A stretch of 32,000 bases of DNA from Candidatus Saccharimonadota bacterium (GTDB lineage Archaea > Nanohalarchaeota > Nanosalinia > Nanosalinales > Nanosalinaceae): contig NZ_CP180230.1 of NCBI RefSeq assembly GCF_047555085.1, forward strand, positions 690,001 through 722,000, written 5' to 3'. Every line of letters begins with the position of its first letter. Position 1 is the stretch's first letter. This document shows, in pieces, positions 1-7,231 of this stretch. The translations under genes were made by a program, and so were the position numbers. Below the pieces are notes generated by a model that ran no database searches, had not been told where the DNA came from, and was given only the letters and a program-made list of their open reading frames with translations.

Positions 1-1
1 T

Positions 2-157
2 TCCACAGAAAATGGAATAATCAGAGAAAAAGACCCTTATAGAGAAATAAGCTATCAATTGAGTGAGTTAGATGATGCTGTCAGGGGTGTAGGGAATGCC
101 TTGGCGGAATTCAAAAGGTACGTACAGCGAAGAGATTCAGAAAGTTCTGAAAATTAG
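2..157 (+). CDS. 3' end of a hypothetical protein; the ORF runs off the left edge
   Basis: Frame 2 is open from the window edge to TAG at 155-157 (...ELDDAVRGVGNALAEFKRYVQRRDSESSEN*). Too short for the ORF track. No recognisable motif. Confidence 0.3.
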   Translation, partial: STENGIIREKDPYREISYQLSELDDAVRGVGNALAEFKRYVQRRDSESSEN

Positions 158-311
158 ATATTTGGTAGATTTTAGCTCAACATATTTGGCTCTAAGCCGG
201 AAGGCCTCTGGGAGCTTCCTGTTTTTCATACCTTAGAGAGAATTCCAGTACTCCGATAGATATAGTCCCTCCCTGTCAATATAGGAAGATTATCCTCTAT
301 CAGATATTTTT

Positions 312-542
312 ATGTCATTAGAATACTGCCCGAACTGTGGAGAAGATCTCACCCAGTACAGAAGTGAGGACGAGGAAGAAACCTCGATCTCGGATCTCGA
401 TATGTCAAAGGAAGAAGTTAGAGCATTCCTCCATCTCGCCATAATGAAGCGTGAAAGAGCCGAGGAGCTGAACGAGAGAGTTGATAACGATAAGATACTC
501 GAATGGAAAGACGCTATAGAGGAGAAAATAGAGAAAAAATAA
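312..542 (+). CDS. Small acidic protein with an N-terminal CPNCG half zinc-ribbon motif; hypothetical, carried on the element
   Basis: 76-aa ORF, convergent with the integrase (13-nt gap). CxxC at residues 6-9. Charged helical C-terminus. Confidence 0.5.
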   Translation: MSLEYCPNCGEDLTQYRSEDEEETSISDLDMSKEEVRAFLHLAIMKRERAEELNERVDNDKILEWKDAIEEKIEKK

Positions 543-554
543 GGGAGTCGCCCG

Positions 555-1976
555 TCATATACTTCCCTTTAACTCCTCGATCACGCCTTTTTCTTCTATA
601 TAATCACTTATTGCTTCCTCCAGCTTCTGTTTCTCTTCATATGCATCTCCTCCAGATTCGGATCTGTTGTGGCACTTTAACTCTTCGTCAGCTTCCTCTC
701 CACAGTCTGGACAGTATTTCTGTAGGTCCGAAACCAGTTTTCCGCAACTACATTCCCACGGCTTCAAGCTGTTGTCATTGAACTTTCTCTCACTTTCAGT
801 CAACTCTTCTCCGTAGTCTTCTCTTACACCTGCAAGAACACTCTCCTGCATTAATTCGATGTAGTGCTTAGGAGCATCTGAAGTCTTACTCCACCCAAAA
901 AATGCTCGAAGAAAGTTCTCGTTTTTATCCTGTGCCGCCCAGTATAGGGCTCGAGCATCTCTCCAGAACCAGTGTGGCTTCTTCGTAAGTTGGTCAGGAA
1001 CTATATCTTCTCGTTTGGCCTGTTTCAAAATTCTCTGTAATACCTGTCTCATATCGTTTCCTGTCATAGGCTTCCTTCTTTTATCCGCCTCGGCCGCTTT
1101 ACCTTTCCAAGAGCAACCATCTCCCTGACAATGATACGTTCTCCGGTGGTATGCAGTATTCCTGTCAGCGTCTAAATCTTTGGTACCGCATTTCGGACAT
1201 CGATTCTCCTGATTATTCTGCTGGAAAACAGGTTCTGAAAGATCTGGATTTTCCCTATTTTGCAGCTGCTTCATAACGGGCATTGAGGCCCGTACAGGGA
1301 TTTCTCTTTCACCGCTTTTACCTCGAAGTGTTACATACATCTCGCTGCCATCGAATCTGATGTCCTTCCACTTAATCGGCTCTGGATGCTGGTGGTGGTC
1401 GGCTGTTTTACCCATTTCTCCTATCCTTGCTCCTGTTGCCCATCCGAAAAGTATCAGACAACGGTCACGAATGTTATTTGCCTGCTCTGCCACCAACTTG
1501 ACGTGTTCTGGAGTAGGCCGAGTATGGATGTCAATAGTAGTAGAAAGATCTACATTTACATCGAGGTCATCGACTAGTTCAGGGCCATCAAGCTCTTTGT
1601 TAAATCCTTTGCCCTGCTTCTTGATGAATTTGTTGTAGAAAACTCTTACAGCTTTCCAGAAATCATTCTTACTGTGGTCACTGTAACACTCTCCGTTCAT
1701 CTTCCTTAATCCATCAGTGTTCAATGCGTTGACGATCCCCTCAATATCTTTCTTTTCAGCTTGATCGAGAGGAAAGTCAATCAGTTCGGCGAGTCTGTTG
1801 AACCGGCTTGCATAATCTTTCAATGCAGTTTGTCCGGTCCCTTTGCTCCCCATCTTGCGGAAGAACTCGTTAAGGACTTGTTTGTTGTGATTGCTGATTT
1901 TAGAATTTTCAGAAAGTTTACGGTGGTTCTGTTCTACAGAGTCGAATGTCATATTGTCCGGTTCTTGGGTCGCCAT
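555..1976 (-). CDS. int: Tyrosine recombinase / phage-type integrase with inserted zinc-ribbon motifs
   Basis: 473 aa. The catalytic-domain layout is typical of Xer/phage integrases: GARIGEM (Arg), HWFWRDARALY (H-x-x-R region), and SDAPKHYIE (Tyr). Two Cys clusters are present: CPKCG...CQGDGC and CSCG...CPDCG. It lies adjacent to a tRNA. Confidence 0.85.
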   Translation of the reverse strand: MATQEPDNMTFDSVEQNHRKLSENSKISNHNKQVLNEFFRKMGSKGTGQTALKDYASRFNRLAELIDFPLDQAEKKDIEGIVNALNTDGLRKMNGECYSDHSKNDFWKAVRVFYNKFIKKQGKGFNKELDGPELVDDLDVNVDLSTTIDIHTRPTPEHVKLVAEQANNIRDRCLILFGWATGARIGEMGKTADHHQHPEPIKWKDIRFDGSEMYVTLRGKSGEREIPVRASMPVMKQLQNRENPDLSEPVFQQNNQENRCPKCGTKDLDADRNTAYHRRTYHCQGDGCSWKGKAAEADKRRKPMTGNDMRQVLQRILKQAKREDIVPDQLTKKPHWFWRDARALYWAAQDKNENFLRAFFGWSKTSDAPKHYIELMQESVLAGVREDYGEELTESERKFNDNSLKPWECSCGKLVSDLQKYCPDCGEEADEELKCHNRSESGGDAYEEKQKLEEAISDYIEEKGVIEELKGSI

Positions 1977-1996
1977 ATGTTAGATTTCGAAAGGTT

Positions 1997-2011
1997 CCTC
2001 TTTTAAAGAGG
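1997..2011. promoter_or_regulatory. Palindrome CCTCTTTTAAAGAGG containing a TATA-like TTTAAA, upstream of the integrase
   Basis: 7-bp perfect inverted arms around one base, located 21-35 nt upstream of the int ATG. The A/T core resembles an archaeal TATA box. Confidence 0.3.
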
Positions 2012-2040
2012 ATTAACGAAATCCCAAGACCGGGTAGCTA

Positions 2041-2113
2041 TGGCAGGACCCGGATTTGAACCGGGGTCTGGCCGTCCCAAACGGCCAATGATAGTCCACT
2101 ACACCATCCCGCC
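2041..2113 (-). tRNA. tRNA-Pro (anticodon UGG)
   Basis: Hand-folded cloverleaf. Acceptor GGCGGGA/TCCTGCC. Anticodon stem GGCCG/CGGCC with loop TTTGGGA. T-arm CCCGG-TTCAAAT-CCGGG. Discriminator A. No encoded CCA. Confidence 0.9.
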
Positions 2114-2253
2114 ACGTGTTACGCTACGTGAACGCAAGCAGCCATTCAAAAAGTAATGGCTCTGAAAAGTTGACTGTATAATCTGTGTCGTGCTGAAGTC
2201 TTTTAAACCATATCTTGTGTGAGGCCTTCTGGATGCGTGGATTTGTTAGATAG

Positions 2254-2260
2254 TTTTAAA
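2254..2260 (+). promoter_or_regulatory. TATA-like box (TTTTAAA) for the oxidoreductase gene
   Basis: The A/T heptamer is centred about 33 nt upstream of the ATG at 2290, which fits a leaderless or short-leader archaeal transcript. Confidence 0.3.
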
Positions 2261-2289
2261 CCGGAGGCCTGAAAATTTTAGTTGTAGAG

Positions 2290-3324
2290 ATGGATAAGGA
2301 TACTGTTGTTGCTGGTGGAGGTGCTGCAGGATTGAACGCGGCGCTGGAACTGGCGAGGAGAGGCCTTGAACCGGTTCTTATTTCACGTAACAGTCGTCAT
2401 ACTTACAGAAACGCTTTACACCATATGATCTCCGGCGGGGATCTGGAAAGTCTTTCTATAGATCTCAAGGAGTTCCTTGACGGCACGCCTGTCGAGTTCG
2501 TGGAAGAGGAGATCGAAGGATTCGACCCGGAGAAAAAAGAAGTGGAGACAGCTGAACAGAGTTTCAGCTACGAGAATCTTGTCGTGGCACTTGGAAACCA
2601 GGCCTCATCCGATATTCCAGGCCTTGACTACACTGAAGATTTTTACACAGGTGAAAACGCACGGCAAGCAGTTGAATCACTTGAAGATGCTGAGAAAGTA
2701 GCTGTAGTGGGTGCAGGAAGGAAAGGCGTACAGGTAGCCGGGGAACTGCACAAAAACGGATACGATGTAACTCTTGTAGACAGTTCCACAAGGCCTCTTC
2801 CCAGAGAGTCAAGTGAGGCCTCTAAAAAATTACTTGAAGTATTCAACGAAGAAGATTTGAGTTTCAGAGGAGGCTCCACAGTCAGAGAACTTACAGGCTA
2901 CGGTATAGAGTTCGAGGACGGCAGCGAACTGGAAGTAGATGAAGTAATCTGGTGCGGAGGCCTTTCATGCAACGAAGTAGTTCAGAGAGACTTCAACTGC
3001 GGCGATGAAGGCCTTGAAGTTAACAGAGGTCTCTCCGCTACAGGTTTTGACGGCGTTTTCGCTGCCGGAGGATGCTCAAATCTTGAGGACAGATCCTTTG
3101 GATCAGCTGTTAAACAGGGCAGACACGCCGCTAAAAATATTGCGGAAAGTTCGAAGCTTCTGGAGGAGTATGAGCCCGGTGAACTGAAGCTTTTCAGTAT
3201 GGGAAAGTACGGAGTCTACATAAGGAACGAAAGATGTCATATAAGCCGTGCTACAGGATTACTGACGCGTTACCAGCACAGGAAATACCTTCTGGATCTC
3301 AGAAGGCAGGGATTCTTCCTGTAA
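2290..3324 (+). CDS. FAD-dependent pyridine nucleotide-disulfide oxidoreductase, NDH-2 (type II NADH dehydrogenase)-like
   Basis: 344 aa. Two Rossmann dinucleotide motifs: VVAGGGAAGLNAALELARRG at the N-terminus and VAVVGAGRKGVQVAGEL at mid-protein. GD-type FAD motif FAAGGC near the C-terminus. Confidence 0.75.
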   Translation: MDKDTVVAGGGAAGLNAALELARRGLEPVLISRNSRHTYRNALHHMISGGDLESLSIDLKEFLDGTPVEFVEEEIEGFDPEKKEVETAEQSFSYENLVVALGNQASSDIPGLDYTEDFYTGENARQAVESLEDAEKVAVVGAGRKGVQVAGELHKNGYDVTLVDSSTRPLPRESSEASKKLLEVFNEEDLSFRGGSTVRELTGYGIEFEDGSELEVDEVIWCGGLSCNEVVQRDFNCGDEGLEVNRGLSATGFDGVFAAGGCSNLEDRSFGSAVKQGRHAAKNIAESSKLLEEYEPGELKLFSMGKYGVYIRNERCHISRATGLLTRYQHRKYLLDLRRQGFFL

Positions 3325-3327
3325 GTT

Positions 3328-3855
3328 TCAGTGAAGTGTTCCTTCACGTTTGTCGACATCGTAGGCGAAAAGAGCGTAGCCTATGTCCACAGGCCTGTAT
3401 CCTGTCTCATCAGCTATTTCTCTGATAGGATTCATCATCGTGACGTAATCAGAGGCCGTGAAACTTTCCTTGCGGCCTTCCAGATAATCCAGTCTTTCAA
3501 GAGAGGCCCATACACGCGTATCAACTACTGCATGATTTTCTGGATCGAAGGCTGCTACTACACACGACGCTGTCGGCGCCTTGAATCCTTTCAGGGCCTC
3601 TATCAAGGCTATCTTCGAGAAATCATCTTCGACTTTCAGAACGTTCCCAGTCACCGTCCTGCATCGTTCCTCAGGATTTTTCCGGACGTGATACGCGCTT
3701 CTGGTGCTGGATTCATACGCTATCTCGTAAAGCTGTTCTCTAGTAAGAAATCCCTGATCCCTGTAACTCTGCCCGAACACCTCAAGTCTCTCCGGCAGAA
3801 GGCCCTGCGTCTCAGAGTAAAAATCAAGATACTTCTCCACAGTTTCCCTGTCCAT
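3328..3855 (-). CDS. Hypothetical protein, possibly a helix-hairpin-helix-like DNA-binding fold
   Basis: 175-aa acidic ORF. The segment KGFKAPTASCVVAAFDPENHAVVDTRVW resembles HhH-type motifs (recalled from memory, weak). The fully overlapping + strand ORF is basic and Cys-rich and is rejected. Confidence 0.55.
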   Translation of the reverse strand: MDRETVEKYLDFYSETQGLLPERLEVFGQSYRDQGFLTREQLYEIAYESSTRSAYHVRKNPEERCRTVTGNVLKVEDDFSKIALIEALKGFKAPTASCVVAAFDPENHAVVDTRVWASLERLDYLEGRKESFTASDYVTMMNPIREIADETGYRPVDIGYALFAYDVDKREGTLH

Positions 3856-3894
3856 ACAAGGCCTCTAGAATAACAACTTGAAAAAATTTCAGGC

Positions 3895-4572
3895 CTACAG
3901 AGTTCTTTCACTGGAGACATGAAGGCCTCTCTTTCCGACGCTGTAGAGATACTGGACTTCCTGCGGTGTCAGAGCGTGGTCGTAGATTCTGACATGCTGT
4001 ATTTTTCCACTGAAGAAGTTGTTATTTGATCCATAGTCATCGTATCTCCCTATTAGAACATCATTTATACTTCCCGTCAGCTTACCATGAGAAACAGTGT
4101 CCAGTAGCTCGCCGTTTACATAGAGATAGGCAGTAGCACCATCATATACTCCTGTAACGTGTTGCCAGTTGCCTTCGCTGTAACTTGAAGGCGATCTAGC
4201 GGATTTCCATTCACTCCCATTATAAATCGCAAATTCCCATCTATCTCCGTTATACGCCCTCAATACTGCATCGTAATATGTTGGATCTGGCAGTCTTCTC
4301 TGAACAAGTGCCGCCCAAGCCTGCTGTGTCTCCTGAGGTAGCGTCCAGGCAGAGAAGGAAACTGAGTTTTCAGCTGAAATAGATTCCGACTGAGGTACAG
4401 AAACGTAATCATTGTTGCCATCGAAACTATAACAGTTACTGCCAAGTATCCCTGTTCCCCCAAGAACCGTAGAGTCTCCGCCATCACCAACTGAGCCATT
4501 ATTTCCATTTCTGACGTCGTATGCAGTTGATCCTGAAGTCTCATCTAGAGGCCAGTATGCTTTCAGTACCAT
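3895..4572 (-). CDS. LamG / concanavalin-A-like lectin domain protein (Laminin_G_3-type), single module
   Basis: 225 aa. Family hallmarks: N-terminal YWPLDETSG, FDGNNDYVSV, W..VTGVYDG....LYVNGEL, and a C-terminal IQHVRIYDHALTPQEVQYLY. The start abuts the stop of the upstream paralog (TAA-ATG). Confidence 0.8.
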   Translation of the reverse strand: MVLKAYWPLDETSGSTAYDVRNGNNGSVGDGGDSTVLGGTGILGSNCYSFDGNNDYVSVPQSESISAENSVSFSAWTLPQETQQAWAALVQRRLPDPTYYDAVLRAYNGDRWEFAIYNGSEWKSARSPSSYSEGNWQHVTGVYDGATAYLYVNGELLDTVSHGKLTGSINDVLIGRYDDYGSNNNFFSGKIQHVRIYDHALTPQEVQYLYSVGKRGLHVSSERTL

Positions 4573-5952
4573 TTAGTGGTTCACCAGGTGTTTTCTCATG
4601 TCGCGGCCTCTCGTACCGTAATGGTATATCTGGAAAATTTCTCTTCTACTCAGCGTTCTGTCGAATACACGTACGTCGTCCACCTTACCGGTCCCGTAAG
4701 CATCATAAGAATTATCAGAGTCATCGTAACGTGCACCTATACTGTCTCTGACTCCATTATTACTGGAAAGACTGTTTGTCCACGAACCTGCGTACAATGA
4801 GTTTTTGAACACTTTATGAGTTCCAGAATCGTTAACTACAGTAACATGGTGCCAGTTACCATCGTTAGCACCTATATTAACTCCTGGCTGTCCTCCATCA
4901 AATGATCCTGCCGTTTTACCGTTGATCAAGAGATCGTCGTGATCAAAAGTATGGCCTGATGCATACATCACGTTCTCAAAGTTATTTGTTGGCGAAACAT
5001 CAGTGCTCAGCCACAGAGCAACAGTATAATCCTGCCCTGCACCAGTAAGATTACTTAGCCCTATCGAAGAACTACCATTAAATTTTGCTGCCTGCCCTCT
5101 TATTGCATCATTTGTGAAAGTTACACTATTTGTCGTTCCATCGTTGGCGCCCCATGAATCCGTTGCATCGCCGTCTAACTTGTAGTATGATACTCCATTA
5201 TTTGGAGGCCTCGCGTAGTCTCCCGATCCCCATTTGTACAAAGTCTGGATTTCAGAATTTGAGAGCGCTCTATTGTAGGTGCTACATTGCGCTATAACTC
5301 CATCTAGATGAGATATGCTACCGCTACTGTACAAGAGTCTGCCGATTTGGGCATTTGATACATTTGGGAAAGGCCTAGAGTGAAGCTGTGTATTCTCGAG
5401 TTCTCCGTTCACGTAAATACGAAGTTCATTTGCTGTAGCCACTCCGACTATATGGTGCCATTCTCCGATTACTTCTGTATTGCTTTTTGATGTAACAGGA
5501 GTGTTCTGCTGTCCTCTAAGATAAAGAATAGCTGTAGCAGGATCTCCTCCTATATCTAATGCAAGTATATTATCTCCATTTGAACTCGTCGATTCTGAGT
5601 ATATACGGCCTGTGCCATCAGCTTTTACCCATGCAGAAATAGTTACAGGGAAAGACGAATTCTCCGCACCGGACACATCCACGTAATCATCACTTCCATC
5701 AAAAGACATCGCTTGGAGGCCTCCTTTTCCTGCGACGCCTGTCGTCACACCGCCGTTCAAGCTTCCATGATTTTCGTTGCCACTGTAGTCTGTCGCATTA
5801 TCATCGTTCAACGGCCAGTATCCTATCAAGCCAGAAGAAAGCGGAGGCCTGTCTCGCGAGTATCCTTGACGTAGATCGCCGTTCCGGCCTGTAGTTCCAC
5901 TCGAATCCTGATTATTTTTCCAGTCGCTTTCCGAATCCCATCTTATTGCCAT
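4573..5952 (-). CDS. Tandem double LamG / concanavalin-A-like lectin domain protein
   Basis: 459 aa with two modules. Module 1: GYWPLNDD...FDGSDDYVDV...RIYVNGEL...NRALSNSEIQTLY. Module 2: YYKLDGD...FNGSS...WHHVTVV...VDDVRVFDRTLSRREIFQIY. No N-terminal signal peptide. Confidence 0.8.
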   Translation of the reverse strand: MAIRWDSESDWKNNQDSSGTTGRNGDLRQGYSRDRPPLSSGLIGYWPLNDDNATDYSGNENHGSLNGGVTTGVAGKGGLQAMSFDGSDDYVDVSGAENSSFPVTISAWVKADGTGRIYSESTSSNGDNILALDIGGDPATAILYLRGQQNTPVTSKSNTEVIGEWHHIVGVATANELRIYVNGELENTQLHSRPFPNVSNAQIGRLLYSSGSISHLDGVIAQCSTYNRALSNSEIQTLYKWGSGDYARPPNNGVSYYKLDGDATDSWGANDGTTNSVTFTNDAIRGQAAKFNGSSSIGLSNLTGAGQDYTVALWLSTDVSPTNNFENVMYASGHTFDHDDLLINGKTAGSFDGGQPGVNIGANDGNWHHVTVVNDSGTHKVFKNSLYAGSWTNSLSSNNGVRDSIGARYDDSDNSYDAYGTGKVDDVRVFDRTLSRREIFQIYHYGTRGRDMRKHLVNH

Positions 5953-6012
5953 GAAAAATTTCGAGGCCTCTGGAACTGTTTATATTTACGTGGATATTAA
6001 ATTTTTCACTTT

Positions 6013-6405
6013 TTATCGGATACTTTTCTGCTGTACAGTTATTACGGCCTGATCTGATATTTCGTGGCCGTTCCTGTAGATGTATCGTCCTGAATCACTG
6101 AAGCTGTAACTGTAATTCTGTATATTTTCACAAGAGGAGAATCCTTCTGCAGGACACTGTGTGTCGTACTCTGTAGTTATGAAAAGTTCTCTGCTGGAAC
6201 GATCTATCCATCTGACAGAGTCGCCTTCACGGATAACAATATTTTCAGGAACAAATCCTGAATCAGTGTATTTTACAGTAAAAACGTCTGATTCAGAGGC
6301 CTCCTGTGCCGCATTCAGGCCTTTTTCTGCGTCCTGTGATACGTCGCTGGTGCATGCGGATAATGCCAGTGTAACTGCGATGAGTACGGTCAGCCAGTAT
6401 TTCAT
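6013..6405 (-). CDS. Secreted lipoprotein, probably with a small beta-sandwich (cupredoxin-like) domain
   Basis: 130 aa. Signal peptide with lipobox (LALSAC). The segment FVPENIVIREGDSVRWIDRS resembles cupredoxin/EfeO-like strands, but I could not identify a clear Cu ligand set. Confidence 0.55.
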   Translation of the reverse strand: MKYWLTVLIAVTLALSACTSDVSQDAEKGLNAAQEASESDVFTVKYTDSGFVPENIVIREGDSVRWIDRSSRELFITTEYDTQCPAEGFSSCENIQNYSYSFSDSGRYIYRNGHEISDQAVITVQQKSIR

Positions 6406-6485
6406 TCTCTGGACAAGTTTTTGTTCAGGCCGGAATTAAATGAACAGGGTAAAAAATTAGAGAAAAATAAGGAGAGAAAAAATTT

Positions 6486-6866
6486 CTAGACTATAGCTTC
6501 TTCTTTTTTGGAGGCCTCGCAGAGGTTTTCTTCTCCCCAGTTGATCATCTCCTGTATAGCAGATTCCAGTTTTCTTCCTCTTTCCGTCAGCTGGTATTTT
6601 ACTCTGAAAGGTTTCTCGCTTACTACTTCCCTGTTGACGATCCTTTTCTCCTCAAGATCTTCCAGGCTTTCCGACAGGACTTTTGATGAGATTCCTCCGA
6701 CTTCGTCTTTGAGCTGGTTGAATCCCATTCCTCCCTGTGATAGAAGCCTGTGGATTATCACCGGATGCCATTTCTTGGAGACTATGCTTGCCGTCGCTGT
6801 CAGCGGACACCATTCCTCTCCCGAGCACCAGGTCGGCATCTTGCCTTCTTCAAGTTCTTCTGTCAT
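6486..6866 (-). CDS. HxlR-family winged-helix transcriptional regulator
   Basis: 126 aa. Classic HxlR layout: CPLTATASIVSKKWHPVIIHRLL, GFNQLKDEVGGISSKVLSESLEDLEEKRIV, then a wing (FRVKYQLTERG). Confidence 0.85.
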   Translation of the reverse strand: MTEELEEGKMPTWCSGEEWCPLTATASIVSKKWHPVIIHRLLSQGGMGFNQLKDEVGGISSKVLSESLEDLEEKRIVNREVVSEKPFRVKYQLTERGRKLESAIQEMINWGEENLCEASKKEEAIV

Positions 6867-6881
6867 ACCGACGGTTTGAAC

Positions 6882-6898
6882 ACTTAACGTTATTAAGT
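6882..6898. promoter_or_regulatory. Inverted repeat ACTTAA-N5-TTAAGT, a candidate HxlR operator
   Basis: 6-bp perfect arms, 16-32 nt upstream of the hxlR-like ATG. It lies in the 365-nt divergent spacer towards the disulfide reductase gene. Confidence 0.25.
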
Positions 6899-7045
6899 TA
6901 CCTAACGAAACCGTGATCTATAGGGGGCCGAGCGAATGGTAACCGGTGGATACAAAAATACCTGAGGCCTATTACAGTTTCACGGCGAAAACAAGAGATA
7001 GTTTTTCGCGTATAAAAACGATATTTCAGAGGTGAACTAAAGAAA

Positions 7046-7147
7046 ATGGGAGAATCAGAAGACGACGATGTCTGCATCGCATGCGGCGATGGAGCTGACT
7101 CAGCGGAAGAACTTCAGGAACTGATTGAGGAGCAGAAAGAGGCCTGA
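7046..7147 (+). CDS. Possible 33-aa acidic CxxC micro-protein
   Basis: ATG...TGA ORF encoding MGESEDDDVCIACGDGADSAEELQELIEEQKEA. It lies 85 nt upstream of, and co-directional with, the disulfide reductase. Coding status is unproven. Confidence 0.25.
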   Translation: MGESEDDDVCIACGDGADSAEELQELIEEQKEA

Positions 7148-7231
7148 AAAAAACCAGAAGTTTTTTGACCGGGAAGAGAAGGCCTCTTCCTCTACAATTT
7201 TTCACAAATTTTTAACGGAGACGAGCTAATA

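Larger units (their letters stand above)
1..2040. mobile_element. Right-hand end of an integrated element at the 3' end of tRNA-Pro; the rest lies beyond the window
   Basis: The tyrosine integrase gene sits 64 nt from the tRNA-Pro 3' end. Only one AGGCCT occurs in about 2 kb, against about one per 250 bp elsewhere. The other att site is not in the window. Confidence 0.55.

Noticed and set aside
1-311. A second att site (duplicate of the tRNA-Pro 3' half) in the left-most non-coding stretch
   Set aside because: I compared the tRNA 3' segment (TGGCAGGACCCGGATTTGAACCGGGG) with 1-311 by eye and found no match. The distal boundary must lie outside the window.
3331-3873. 180-aa + strand ORF exactly mirroring the 175-aa minus-strand ORF
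   Set aside because: Only one of the two can plausibly be real. The + strand product is basic, Cys/Arg-rich and low in D/E, whereas the minus-strand product matches the window's acidic composition. I kept the minus-strand call, with moderate confidence.
3895-5952. Diversity-generating retroelement acting on the variable LamG paralogs
   Set aside because: There is no reverse transcriptase ORF and no template/variable repeat pair with adenine-specific mismatches anywhere in the window. The nucleotide similarity between paralogs is ordinary divergence.
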